Positions 25,294 through 35,055 of a DNA stretch of 64,000 nucleotides are shown in pieces. The notes beneath the pieces are model-generated. The model had not been told where the DNA came from, made no database searches, and saw only the letters and a program-made list of their open reading frames with translations. The DNA is taken from assembly GCA_963745835.1 (NCBI GenBank), contig CAVUZH010000014.1, forward strand, positions 544,001 to 608,000, given 5' to 3'. The position numbers and the translations under genes were made by a program. Position 1 is the first letter of the stretch. Every line of letters starts with the position of its first letter. The stretch is from an uncultured delta proteobacterium (GTDB lineage: Bacteria > Desulfobacterota > Binatia > UBA9968).

Positions 25294-25416
25294 TCAATGA
25301 CTCGCTGCAGGTTAGTCGTATGTCAATTTTCCTAAAGCGCGGAACGCGGCGTCAGACTTTCATAATCGATCGGCGCTGTCCGGCTGGCGCCGCCGAGAAC
25401 AATTTCCGCGAAAAGC

Positions 25417-25659
25417 TCAACCTGCAGTTGCCGCAAAAATTGCGTGCTCGATGTCCTTTACCGCCGGCGGACAATGATCCCGGGCCATTTCGAGCAGTTC
25501 CGTTGCCTGCTGTAAATCGCATTCAAACGAATAGACAGTGACTCCGGCTAATTCACTTCGCTGAGCGCGGGCGAGGACTTCGTGCAATGACGCGCTCTCC
25601 TTGAAATGGCGCATCAGCAACTCCCGCGATTCTTCGGTTAGTTCGATTTGTATCTGCAT
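25417..25659 (-). CDS. hypothetical protein
   Basis: 80 aa ATG ORF, helical-looking, downstream of same-strand genes. Confidence 0.55.
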   Translation of the reverse strand: MQIQIELTEESRELLMRHFKESASLHEVLARAQRSELAGVTVYSFECDLQQATELLEMARDHCPPAVKDIEHAIFAATAG

Positions 25660-25807
25660 GGTGAGAGACTAACCAGAGACGGAGTAAAAGCAATATGGGC
25701 TGCGGATCATCGAATCTCGACGATAGAGTACCGCTGCAGGTACGGCAGAGATTTTCAGGCGGACCATCACCGATCACCAACGCTTCGGTGCAATCCTCGC
25801 GGGATGA

Positions 25808-26782
25808 TTATTTCTTCGCAATCGCTTGGGGATTGAGCACGTTTTGCGGCCTGCCTGCGGCGAACGCAAGAATATCATCGACCACCACAGCGTAGTATTC
25901 CTCGTACCCTTCCCTGGTGACGTAACCTAAATGAGGCGTGCAGGTGACATTATTCATTTTGAGAAGCGGATGATCGGCGCCGATCACTGGCTCTTTTTCG
26001 TAGACGTCCACTGCGGCCATACCCGGACGGCCGGCTTTGAGCGCTTCGACTAACGCGCCGGGGGCAATTAGCCCCGCGCGGCTCGGGTTGACGATCAGCG
26101 CCGTCGGTTTCATCCGGTCGAGATCGTCGCGGGTGACAATCCCTTGGGTGTCTTTGTTGAGCGGCAGATGCAAGCTCAAAATATCCGAGCGGGTAAAAAA
26201 ATCTTCGCGGCTCTCGGCCACTTCAAACCCGGCGGCCTTGGCGCGACCGGTGGAGCCCTCGCGGCCCCAACACACCACTCGGGCGCCGAATGCTTTGCCG
26301 GCAGCGGCAACGATACTGCCGATTTTGCCGTAAGCGTAAATACCCAGCGTCTTACCATTGACTCCGATGCCCAATGTCGATTGCCAATGGCCCTCCTTGA
26401 GCCGTTTAACTTCGAACGGAAGGTTCCGCAGCGCGCTCAGGATGAGTCCCCAGGTCAGCTCTGCGGTTGCATTTGAGTTGCCGGTGCCGCCCGCCGAAAC
26501 CACGATCCCTTTCTCGGTGCAGGCGTCGAGATCCACGTGAGTCGCGGCGCGTCCGGTCTGGCCGATCAGTTTCAAGTTTGGCAATCGTTCGATCAAGGCC
26601 CGCGGAAAACTCGATCGCTGCTGCGTGAGCACCACCGCATCGGCGTCTTTGAGTCTGTCGGCCAATTTGCCGATATCCGTTTCCGTATCAGTAAATACCA
26701 CGACCTCATGGTCGCTGAGCTTCGGGTAAGACTTCAATGTCCGAAATGCGTTCTGGTAATCGTCAATCACTGCAATTTTCAT
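25808..26782 (-). CDS. D-2-hydroxyacid dehydrogenase family protein
   Basis: MKIAVIDDYQ, GIYAYGKIG, SLHLPL, VNPSRAG, AVDVYEKEP, TPHLGY. Confidence 0.9.
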   Translation of the reverse strand: MKIAVIDDYQNAFRTLKSYPKLSDHEVVVFTDTETDIGKLADRLKDADAVVLTQQRSSFPRALIERLPNLKLIGQTGRAATHVDLDACTEKGIVVSAGGTGNSNATAELTWGLILSALRNLPFEVKRLKEGHWQSTLGIGVNGKTLGIYAYGKIGSIVAAAGKAFGARVVCWGREGSTGRAKAAGFEVAESREDFFTRSDILSLHLPLNKDTQGIVTRDDLDRMKPTALIVNPSRAGLIAPGALVEALKAGRPGMAAVDVYEKEPVIGADHPLLKMNNVTCTPHLGYVTREGYEEYYAVVVDDILAFAAGRPQNVLNPQAIAKK

Positions 26783-26831
26783 TGGTTGCTACCTTTCGTC
26801 TAATTTCGATAACCAGGTGAGATCTGACGGT

Positions 26832-27470
26832 TCACTTTTCTCCCCAGATAGCGGCGAGTTCGACCGCGGTGGTGATATCGAAAAAGCTCCCCTCCATCAG
26901 TTTCAGCGCCATCTCGTGCAACTCGCGACTTCTAGAGCCGACGCAGTCTTTCAGAATCACCACGTCATAGCCGAGATTGCGCGCACTTCGCGCCGTGCCT
27001 TCGACACCGCCTTCTGTCGCCACGCCGCTGATCACAATCGTTTTGATGCCATTACTCCTGAGCATGAGATCGAAATCCGTCCCGACAAAGGCGTCTGGCC
27101 GGCGCTTTTGAAAAACGATGTCCTGAGGGTCGGGTTTCAACTCCGCAATGATTTCCCGGTCGTGCGGATCGTCCTTCTGTTTCAAGAGTTGAGTCGGATC
27201 GTTAGCTTTCGCCCGTTTCATTCTGATGCGCACCCAAACTCCCGCTTCTTCTTTGGCCAAGTCAAAGCCGGTCTGCACTGAATAGAAAACCCGCACGCCA
27301 ACCCGGCGAGCCAGGGCGGATAGGTCCTTCAGCTTCGGCATCATGTCCTGATAATTGAAAGCATTGGGGCCGATGGCGTACTCCATGTCCCATATGAGCA
27401 AAGCTGTCTGCGATGGTTCGACAATTTCTGCCAACGTGCTGGGGATTTTCTTTCCGGCGATCTCATACAT
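26832..27470 (-). CDS. isochorismatase-family protein (Gly at the catalytic Cys position)
   Basis: TALLIWDM, KRRPDAFVGTDFDLMLR, GVATEGGVEGTAR. Confidence 0.85.
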   Translation of the reverse strand: MYEIAGKKIPSTLAEIVEPSQTALLIWDMEYAIGPNAFNYQDMMPKLKDLSALARRVGVRVFYSVQTGFDLAKEEAGVWVRIRMKRAKANDPTQLLKQKDDPHDREIIAELKPDPQDIVFQKRRPDAFVGTDFDLMLRSNGIKTIVISGVATEGGVEGTARSARNLGYDVVILKDCVGSRSRELHEMALKLMEGSFFDITTAVELAAIWGEK

Positions 27471-27706
27471 ATCTCACCTCCATTATAGTTCGCTTCGAGC
27501 GGGCATCGGCGGTTAGACCAAAATCGAAAATTAGTCGAAAGCGAAGCTCGTCGTCAACAGGAGACAGCGCGTTCGAACAATCCCCGGAAAATCAGCGCTG
27601 CGCCCTATCTTCAAAACGACGAATTTTGCCGGCGTTCCTGTCCTGGCGGCATCAAAACATTTCCACGCGCTATCCAACAACTATTGTGGCTGATATGCCC
27701 CACAAT

Positions 27707-28432
27707 TCACCATAGGCCTGCTGGCATAGCCGGCCAAGTCGCGAGTAGCTTACCGTACCCAAGAATGTTGTAACTAAGTCCGAGCTTGGAAAGAATCATC
27801 CAAAGCATCGCCGGATTGCTCGCGACAATTGGCACGTTTAGCTCCGACTCTAACCGATCCAAAATTTTCAGAGGGTCTAACAACGCGCCTTGGAAATAAA
27901 TCGCATCGACATTAGGATTTGACTCGAACACTCTACGCGTGAGGCTCGCAACGTCTTCGGAGGTCAGTTTCACCGCGTCCGTGTGCGCCTGCAATAGCTG
28001 CGGCGGGTAGACGGCTTCGATAGCGAAATTTGCAAGATAATCGCAATACAGCGCTTTTAACCGGTCATCGACCGGCGTCATCAGCAGGATCCGTTTAGCA
28101 GCAAATATCTTGAGCGCGGCACAGGCCGAGCGCAAGGCAGTGGCAACGGGAACTTGCAATGCCGCTGCAAGGCGGGCGGTCATGTCCGCATTAAGCACTT
28201 CTTTGGGCGCGCCGCTAATGATTAGCCCGTTCCACTCGTGTCGATCTATCAGCTCACGCGATTGCTGCAGCAGACCGTCTAGTTTGTCCCTGGCATTCCA
28301 AAGCGACCCACCGGAACCTGCCTCCTGAACAAAAGTGAAATCGATATTCGCAGGAATAAAGGCTTTGAAGCTATCGTGATGCGGGCTCGCGGGCGCACTC
28401 GAGCCGATAAAACCAATCTTGGCTTTGGTCAC
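27707..28432 (-). CDS. maleate isomerase / Asp-Glu racemase-like protein
   Basis: LQVPVATAL, RILLMTP, DAIYFQG, LESELNVPIVASNPAMLW, GYGKLL; canonical CTS/CTN motifs absent. Confidence 0.7.
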   Translation of the reverse strand: MTKAKIGFIGSSAPASPHHDSFKAFIPANIDFTFVQEAGSGGSLWNARDKLDGLLQQSRELIDRHEWNGLIISGAPKEVLNADMTARLAAALQVPVATALRSACAALKIFAAKRILLMTPVDDRLKALYCDYLANFAIEAVYPPQLLQAHTDAVKLTSEDVASLTRRVFESNPNVDAIYFQGALLDPLKILDRLESELNVPIVASNPAMLWMILSKLGLSYNILGYGKLLATWPAMPAGLW

Positions 28433-29523
28433 GAGCGTTTCTCACTCAGCGATGGCAGGATCTCCTTACCCCAAAGATCGATAACTTCCGCGATATCGGG
28501 TCCAGCCGGCACGCCGATGCATACCTGAAAAAAACCATGCTGCGCGGCGAAGGCAAAAAGCTCGGCAATACGTCCGAGACACTGCGCCGGTGTTCCGGCG
28601 ATAATCAATCGCTCGACCGCCTCATCCGGGGTGATTGACGCGGCATAATCGATGCCGCGATTCTGCGCATAGGCCTGACGCACCGGTTCCATACTTTGGG
28701 GGTCGATGCCGATGCGTATCAGGGTATCGTCGGGCCAACCCGAAGCAATATGCGAGACAAAACGTTTGGCATGTTGCTTCGCCGCCTGTCCATCGCGGGA
28801 TACGGAGGCATTAAGAAGCATGACTTTTCTCAACGGCTCTGCCAAAGCTGACTGCTTGCGCGCATCGGCAAGAGTGTTCAACGTTTCTTCCATAGCCGTA
28901 ATGCCGTAGAGCGTTTGCAGAATCACGCCGTCGAAATTCCGGGCAATCAGATTCAACACGCCTGGCTTAAGCAGGCTGGGACCGTAGTAGAGGCGAATCG
29001 GCGCACGGGCTTTGAAGCGCAACGTGTAGCTTTCAGCGTTCAGATGGAAATAGTCAGCCAGCGCCGGCATATCGCTGCGCCGGATCGCATCACCTTTGAA
29101 GAGCGTTCGTAGCACGGTCGCGAGCTCGACCATGATCGACATCGGTTTCACGCGCTCAACGTGATGGGTCAGAATAGATCTCGACCCAGGTCCTAGACCG
29201 AGAGAAATTTCTCGGCCGTTGGTTAACTCGGACATGGTCGCAAACGCCGCGGCGAAATCTATCGGATTACGGAAGTACGGTACCGCAATCGCTGTTCCCA
29301 GTTTTAGCGGCAACCGGGCTACCAATGCCGCCGAGCTCGCCAGAACGCTGCGATATTCCAAATTGTCGTTGGTCCATACCTGAGTAAAGCCGTGCGGCCC
29401 GAGAGTCTCGCGCGATTGTTCCGCCAATGCGATAAGTTCGGGTAGAGAGTACCGGTTCAGAACGTGGAGCGGAAAATGGATACCAATCTCGCCCCTGAAA
29501 GTTTCAGGATTATTTGCCATCAT
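28429..29523 (-). CDS. LLM-class flavin/F420-dependent oxidoreductase
   Basis: GFTQVW, LGTAIAVPYFRNP, LGLGPG, IAGTPAQC. Confidence 0.8.
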   Translation of the reverse strand: MMANNPETFRGEIGIHFPLHVLNRYSLPELIALAEQSRETLGPHGFTQVWTNDNLEYRSVLASSAALVARLPLKLGTAIAVPYFRNPIDFAAAFATMSELTNGREISLGLGPGSRSILTHHVERVKPMSIMVELATVLRTLFKGDAIRRSDMPALADYFHLNAESYTLRFKARAPIRLYYGPSLLKPGVLNLIARNFDGVILQTLYGITAMEETLNTLADARKQSALAEPLRKVMLLNASVSRDGQAAKQHAKRFVSHIASGWPDDTLIRIGIDPQSMEPVRQAYAQNRGIDYAASITPDEAVERLIIAGTPAQCLGRIAELFAFAAQHGFFQVCIGVPAGPDIAEVIDLWGKEILPSLSEKRS

Positions 29524-29696
29524 ACGCGAGGGCTATCACAGCAGATCAAAAACAGTCAATGAAGTTGTGGCAGCGCAGTTTTTGTTTATTGGCCAAATAC
29601 TTCGAACAGCCATGCAACTCTAGTGAAGTGTCGCGAATCTGTGACACCAAGTAGTCCGTGCACGATATATTCTCAAGTAAGTCGACAGCTTAGCGG

Positions 29697-29712
29697 TGGA
29701 ATATGCTTTGCA
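29697..29712 (+). promoter_or_regulatory. sigma-54-type promoter
   Basis: TGGAATATGCTTTGCA = GG-N10-GC, ~50 nt before ATG 29761 with GGAGG RBS. Confidence 0.5.
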
Positions 29713-29760
29713 GTCCGAAAGTGGAGTGATCGATCATAGGAAATGGAAGGGAGGTGCATC

Positions 29761-30147
29761 ATGTGGATTATTCTTATCCTGCTTTGGGTACTTCCTGTTT
29801 CACTGGGATTGGTTATAGCTGCACGACTATTAAGTGGATTACCTGCTGTGAGCAGAGAAGAGTGGCGCGCGCTTTTCCGCGACAGAAGTGACTTCAAACT
29901 TTCTTTCCTGATGGGACTTTTGTTTACCATCTTTGCGGTGATGTTTTTTTTCGTCGGTGTTCTGCAAGGTGTCGTTTTGATCAATGTCGGGTCGTTGTGG
30001 TTCCTGCTGGTGCCACTTTTTACAGGACTGGCAGCACTGTTGCTCATCTTGCTGTGGCTACGCATCGGAGCTCGCGAAACTCGAATGCGCCCACCGGCCC
30101 GAGCAGGCGTACATCATCGGCGCGCGCGGGGTATGTTGTTCCGGTAA
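29761..30147 (+). CDS. hypothetical membrane protein (3 predicted TM)
   Basis: three long hydrophobic stretches; GGGAGG RBS. Confidence 0.65.
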   Translation: MWIILILLWVLPVSLGLVIAARLLSGLPAVSREEWRALFRDRSDFKLSFLMGLLFTIFAVMFFFVGVLQGVVLINVGSLWFLLVPLFTGLAALLLILLWLRIGARETRMRPPARAGVHHRRARGMLFR

Positions 30148-30224
30148 GTTTGTTGGTTCGGGGTGAAATCTTCTCCGCTGTTCTTCTACCAAACTGATAC
30201 GATCGGACTATCTGGTTTTCATCC

Positions 30225-30254
30225 AAAAAGGAGGCGGGGTCCACCCCGCCTCCT
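30225..30254 (-). terminator. rho-independent terminator
   Basis: stem AGGAGGCGGGG/CCCCGCCTCCT followed by a T-run on the minus strand, just after the 30281 stop. Confidence 0.8.
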
Positions 30255-30280
30255 CATGGTCTCGACAGCATCTGTCAAAC

Positions 30281-30721
30281 TTATTTAACTCGGCTAGACG
30301 GCGACGTACTGCCCTCGGCGCCGAAACTGCTCTCTTTGCCGCTCTGTTCCATATGTTGCCGTTCTGATCTTGCTGAAGGCATGATTTCTACGCCCAGCCG
30401 CTTTGCCGTTTGCTCGTCCACCGTGCCGGTCGCTGGCAGGTTGTTGTCCCGCTGAAACTTCGAAATAGCTGATTGCGTTTGCGTGTCAATCACGCCGTCG
30501 ACGCTGCCCGGCTCAAATCCTTTGTCCTGCAATGCCTGCTCGATGTCCTTCTTTTTTTCTTTTTCTAAGTTGCTCATCTGTGTTCCCGAGTCATGCATTC
30601 TCTGCTGCCCAGCTTGGTTCTTATCATACGAATGAGCGCCGCCGCCAGCCGATACCGGATTCGCAAGCAGCGCAACTCCTCCTCCCAAAACCGCGGCTCT
30701 CAGTAGTGATGTGGTTTTCAT
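30281..30721 (-). CDS. secreted peptidoglycan-binding domain (PG_binding_1) protein
   Basis: signal peptide MKTTSLLRAAVL...VSA; IEQALQDKGFEPGSVDGVID..TQSAISKFQRDNNLPATG; GGAGG RBS. Confidence 0.85.
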   Translation of the reverse strand: MKTTSLLRAAVLGGGVALLANPVSAGGGAHSYDKNQAGQQRMHDSGTQMSNLEKEKKKDIEQALQDKGFEPGSVDGVIDTQTQSAISKFQRDNNLPATGTVDEQTAKRLGVEIMPSARSERQHMEQSGKESSFGAEGSTSPSSRVK

Positions 30722-30773
30722 ATTTCCCTCCTGTGAATTTGTTTTAGGAGCAACGCTCCTGATCGTGCAAAAC

Positions 30774-30788
30774 GCAAGGTCAATGCCA
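30774..30788 (-). promoter_or_regulatory. sigma-54 promoter
   Basis: minus strand TGGCATTGACCTTGC = GG-N10-GC. Confidence 0.65.
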
Positions 30789-31065
30789 GACAACCTTCAA
30801 TTTGCAACGACCAGCATTCATGGGAAATTCAACCTGAAATTTCGGCGCGTCACATATGCGCAACCGGTCCGGCAGAAACTGCTCGAGTGACTGTCATAAC
30901 TGTGTGACAAGAAACCACCCCCATAACGCTTTGAGATCAACCGCTTGTGGCGGGATCGCGAACACACAGGGGTATATCGAATTTTTCTGTCCCCATGGGG
31001 AGACAGTAAGAACATCATCAGTGAAGCACCTGCGCTCGGGACAACTGTTTAGAAGAGCAATGCCG

Positions 31066-31479
31066 TCACAATCGTCCCAGGTCCTGGGCGAGTTCAATCA
31101 GATGCCCGTCCGGGTCGCGCAGATAGGCGGTTCGTTGGCCCCAAATTCTGTCTGTCGGAGGCATCACCGGTTGAGCGCCGCGAGCAATCAACTCGGTAAA
31201 CGCTGCATCCACATCCGATACTTTAAAGCCGACCTCGAATCCAGGAGCATTGGACACAGGCGGGTCTAACGCCATGCCCAAGGTTTTTGCCATGGCGCTG
31301 CGGGTATACAGAGCGAGACGGGTTGTGCCTGTGTCAAGCTGCGCGTAATCGCCGGAGCGATGTCCGAGCCGAAGTCCCAAGACATCAACGTAGAAGCCAA
31401 GAGCGCGATCCAGATCCTCGACGATTAAAATCAGATAGTCCGGAGCGCTCAGGTTTAATTGTTTAGCCGGCATTTTCAC
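31066..31479 (-). CDS. VOC/glyoxalase family protein
   Basis: LIVEDLDRALGFYVDVLG, WGQRTAYLRDPDGHLIEL. Confidence 0.9.
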   Translation of the reverse strand: MKMPAKQLNLSAPDYLILIVEDLDRALGFYVDVLGLRLGHRSGDYAQLDTGTTRLALYTRSAMAKTLGMALDPPVSNAPGFEVGFKVSDVDAAFTELIARGAQPVMPPTDRIWGQRTAYLRDPDGHLIELAQDLGRL

Positions 31480-31515
31480 TCGCTCCTGCGATGCTGATGA
31501 ATGTTATAGCAGGCA

Positions 31516-31656
31516 TCATGTCTTAAGGCACTGCAACACTTCTTCACGCAGCTTCAACAGTAATGCCTCCACTTCTCTCGGGCTCCAGTCTCGGTCGCGC
31601 TTTTCAACCAGCGCGACATATCTGTCGAGAATCGGCTCAATCAGTAGAGCACTCAT
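31516..31656 (-). CDS. small hypothetical protein
   Basis: 46 aa from MSALLIEP, with AAGGAGG RBS. Confidence 0.45.
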   Translation of the reverse strand: MSALLIEPILDRYVALVEKRDRDWSPREVEALLLKLREEVLQCLKT

Positions 31657-32106
31657 AATGGCGCCACCTCCTTGGTCATTGTCGCTTGTTCGCAAAGTGG
31701 TCCAATGCAATCGCAGCCACATTCCAGCACCAACACTGATGCTTTGTCATAGCAACCGCAAAACAATATGTCGGAGCCGTCGCAGCTTGATGAACAAGTT
31801 AAATCAATTTGATGTTGACATAAAACTCGATGCCGTCTTATATCAAATTCTCCAGAGCCAGGAGTAAACCGTATGACCAGCGAAGAAGTCGAGCGTCTCC
31901 ATCAGCAATCGTTAATCGTCGCTTCGACGGCCTTAAGCCCCTTACAAAGCTGAAGGAGATTTTCACGTTCAATAGGGATTTGCTTCGTATGTTTGCATGT
32001 AACGTTGCAGCAAATTGTGCAACCGCAAAAGCCTACCGCTACAGAAACAAAGCGTCACCGGACCGCCGAGAGCCCGAGGCGCCAGAAGTGCGCTCGAAAA
32101 TCGAAA

Positions 32107-32318
32107 TATCTCGTGCACAAAGACGCAAAGGCACGAAGGTCAGAAGACCAGATTTCGAACTTGACGACTGGCGCGGGAAATCTTTGCCTCTAGGATCTCG
32201 ATCGTTGGGTTTGCGCATGCTGCGAAGACTTTCGACAATCGGAGTACCAAGAGCGCGCAATTCCGGAGTTAGAAATTTCCATCCGCCTTCCTGGTTTCGC
32301 GTCCTTCGTGGTGAAATA
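32107..32318. repeat. REP/MITE-like element with imperfect terminal inverted repeats
   Basis: TATCTCGTGCACAAAGACGCAAAG versus reverse complement of right end TATTTCACCACGAAGGACGCGAAA. Confidence 0.35.
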
Positions 32319-32382
32319 CTGTTCGGGCTGGAAGCAAACCGCTTACGAGTAATCATTTCCTCTGATACGGTGCCATTACGGC

Positions 32383-33442
32383 ATGGAGAGCATTGAAGTA
32401 TTAGTCATCCCGCAGGTCTCCGATCAGGTACTCGAGCGCATCGCCAAGCTGGATCCCCGGATCAAAGTCGTCGATGTCCGGGGATGGTTTGACGTAGAGC
32501 TTCGCGCCAGCTGGCCGCAGTGGACCATCGATCGTTATCTTGGCAATCGAGACTATCCTGCGAGCACCCTCGAACAGCGCAACCGCGCCTTGGCCTCGGC
32601 GCAGATCGTCCTTCTGGGCTGGCCGCCATTGAAAGATTTATTTAGCCGCGCGCCCCGCCTGAAGTGGGTCCATGAACTCCCAGCCGGCGCGAGCAATCTC
32701 GTCGGCACCGATTTATGGGGAAGCGATATTATCGTCACCACCTCACGCGGGCTCACCAACAAGCGCCCGATGGCCGAGTATGTCCTGGCCGCTTTCCTCC
32801 ACTTCTCTCGCGGGCTTCATTGGAGCTACAGGGATCACCGACGCCATCGGTTCGAGCATCGAACTTACAATCCCATCATGCTCCGGGACAAGACCGCATG
32901 CGTTGTCGGCGCGGGCGGCATCGGCCGGGAAGTGGCAAAGCTCTGCGCAGCGGCTGGGATGCGCGTCGTCGGCACGCGCCGCCTTGCCGATCCGGAGGCG
33001 AAGCCGCCACCAGGGTTTGCGCGCTTGGAATCCGCCGGCGCTCTGCACAATCTCCTGCGCGAGAGCGAATTTGTCGCCATCTGTTGTCCTTGGACGAAAG
33101 CAACCACGCACCTGATCGACGGAGCGGCGTTTGCGGCGATGAAATCCGGGACGGTTTTAGTCAACATCTCCCGCGGCGAAATAATCGATGAAGATGCTTT
33201 GATGCGATGCATTGGCCGAACGCAAGCTTCGCGGCGTCGCTCTCGACGTTTACGACGGCGAATTCGAGCGCCCGCCTGATGCGCGCTTGTGGGACGATGA
33301 GCGCGTCGTCATCACGCCCCACGTTTCTGCGGCAACCGACGTATCGGAACACGGCGGCGTGAACTTGTTTTGCGAAAACCTGATCCGCTTTCTCGAAGGC
33401 CAGCCGTTGGAGAATGTCATCGATTGGCAGCGCGGATATTGA
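32383..33442 (+). pseudogene. D-2-hydroxyacid dehydrogenase, frameshifted near 33205 (decay or sequencing error)
   Basis: VVGAGGIG, VNISRGEIIDEDAL then, in another frame, ALDVYDGE...ITPHVS. Confidence 0.8.
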
Positions 33443-33616
33443 GAGAAGCAACGCGCAATTAAATCGCCGAGGCTAACTGCTAAAGCTAAGAACTCTTTCA
33501 AACGTGGCAGTCAGGGCCACTGTCACGGATCACTGTGCGGCTGTCTTACCATGACAATGACTCTGACTCTGCCAAGAGATGCACGATGCAGGCTTCGTCT
33601 CAGCTGATTTTGCCGA

Positions 33617-34458
33617 TTAGTGGGACTGTGGCTCGCTGTAGAAAAAGTCATCCATCATGACGATGTCGTTCTCATTATCATCATCCGGCCCCGGGGCTAC
33701 GTTGCCGGTTGTGATCCGGACCCGCGCGATGCGCGCGTCTTCAAAAAGGATCCCGAAGAATGAAAGGCTCGCATCGCCTGGTGAAGCCGGAACGAAACTG
33801 CTGAATATCAGCCTGCCATCGCGGTCAAAGTACTCCATTAGCGTGCTGTCCCCACGAGGGTTCGCGCGCCTCAAGCGAGGTCCGATCCCATTTGACTCGT
33901 CAACATCTGTGAAGACCGCGCCGAAGCCACGGACCGTTGCTGGTGAACTCGTATTGGTAGCCGGGTATGAAAAAGCAGCTTCGGTGAGGTTGCTACCTAC
34001 GGGGTGAACAGGCGCAAAGGGCTGAAGGTGCTGAAGGTGTCTCCGTAGGTCGGATTGTTAAAGAGCGCTTCAAGGCCACCCTGTGGCGCCGCCCGAAGGG
34101 GGAGCCTGCGAAAGGCCGACTCCCGAGCGTGGTGAACTGACCGCCCCGGTGTTTAGGAAAACGTTGAACGGCGTTACGGGTGCTGTCGTGGCGTCACCAC
34201 CGCCGCCGTCCCAGTTGATCTCGCGCCGACCGCTCTGCAAGCGGCCCTGGGGCATTGGCGTTGTTGGGTTCTCCCAGAGCAGCGCGGTACGCATCGACCG
34301 TGCCCTGAATCGACTCGGCGGTTGGTCCAGCCGCCTGGAATATCATCGGTGCAACCAACTTGCCTTGCGCCTGCGCAGTCTGAGCAAATTGGAACTAGCA
34401 CCATAACCGACAGAAAGCCAAAAACGGCTACAAGTGTCAAAACCATATGTTTCTTCAT
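33617..34458 (-). pseudogene. secreted uncharacterised protein split by several frameshifts
   Basis: signal peptide MKKHMVL; fragments GRREINWDG, GFGAVFTDVD and LSFFGILF...ARVRITTG...MDDFFYSEP read as one protein across frames. Confidence 0.6.
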
Positions 34459-34876
34459 GGTCGCATGCTCCTATTCCGTATATTTACATTGCTAACAACT
34501 ACGAGATTGCTCGTTGCTCTTTCTTAGCCGCACTCCACCTGTACTGTTTGCATGCTGTCCGTTGTTATTCCCGCTGCTCATCTCCACAGCATGACATGCG
34601 ACTGAGATCTACTTGAGCGAATCTGGGATCTTATCGGAGGAGGACCTCTAGCATCCCTGATGAGTTGTTCGATTGTGAGAAAGTAGGTGCGGAAGGGAAT
34701 ACAAGCCGCACACCGAAATGGATAAAAAAGCAAAATCGATGGCCTCATCGGCATGCCTCTCATCGGCGACAGTCATAAAACGACCACCACAGACACAGCA
34801 CGCACAGCAGCCACGAGCAAATGTGGAGTTTCCATTGCCCGTTTATCACAGGCTTGGGTTAGGTCAAGAAAAATAT

Positions 34877-34920
34877 TGCGATAAGATTTTGCGATGACTG
34901 CGATAAGATTTTACGATGAG
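34877..34920. repeat. 22-nt tandem direct repeat
   Basis: TGCGATAAGATTTTGCGATGAC / TGCGATAAGATTTTACGATGAG. Confidence 0.7.
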
Positions 34921-35055
34921 AATGATTGCTGAGTCATCTGGGGTTTCATACCATCATCTCGCCGCGCCGGTACGCATGGAGGGGAATTATTTAGGTAGTC
35001 GCTTTGTTCCGGAAGGTTGGCAGACCACATGCCGGGCTGTGGGATCTCGCCCTTC

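Noticed and set aside
31830-32396. 188-aa plus-strand ORF
   Set aside because: Arg/Ser-rich, no motifs, crosses a repeat element and overlaps the next gene start.
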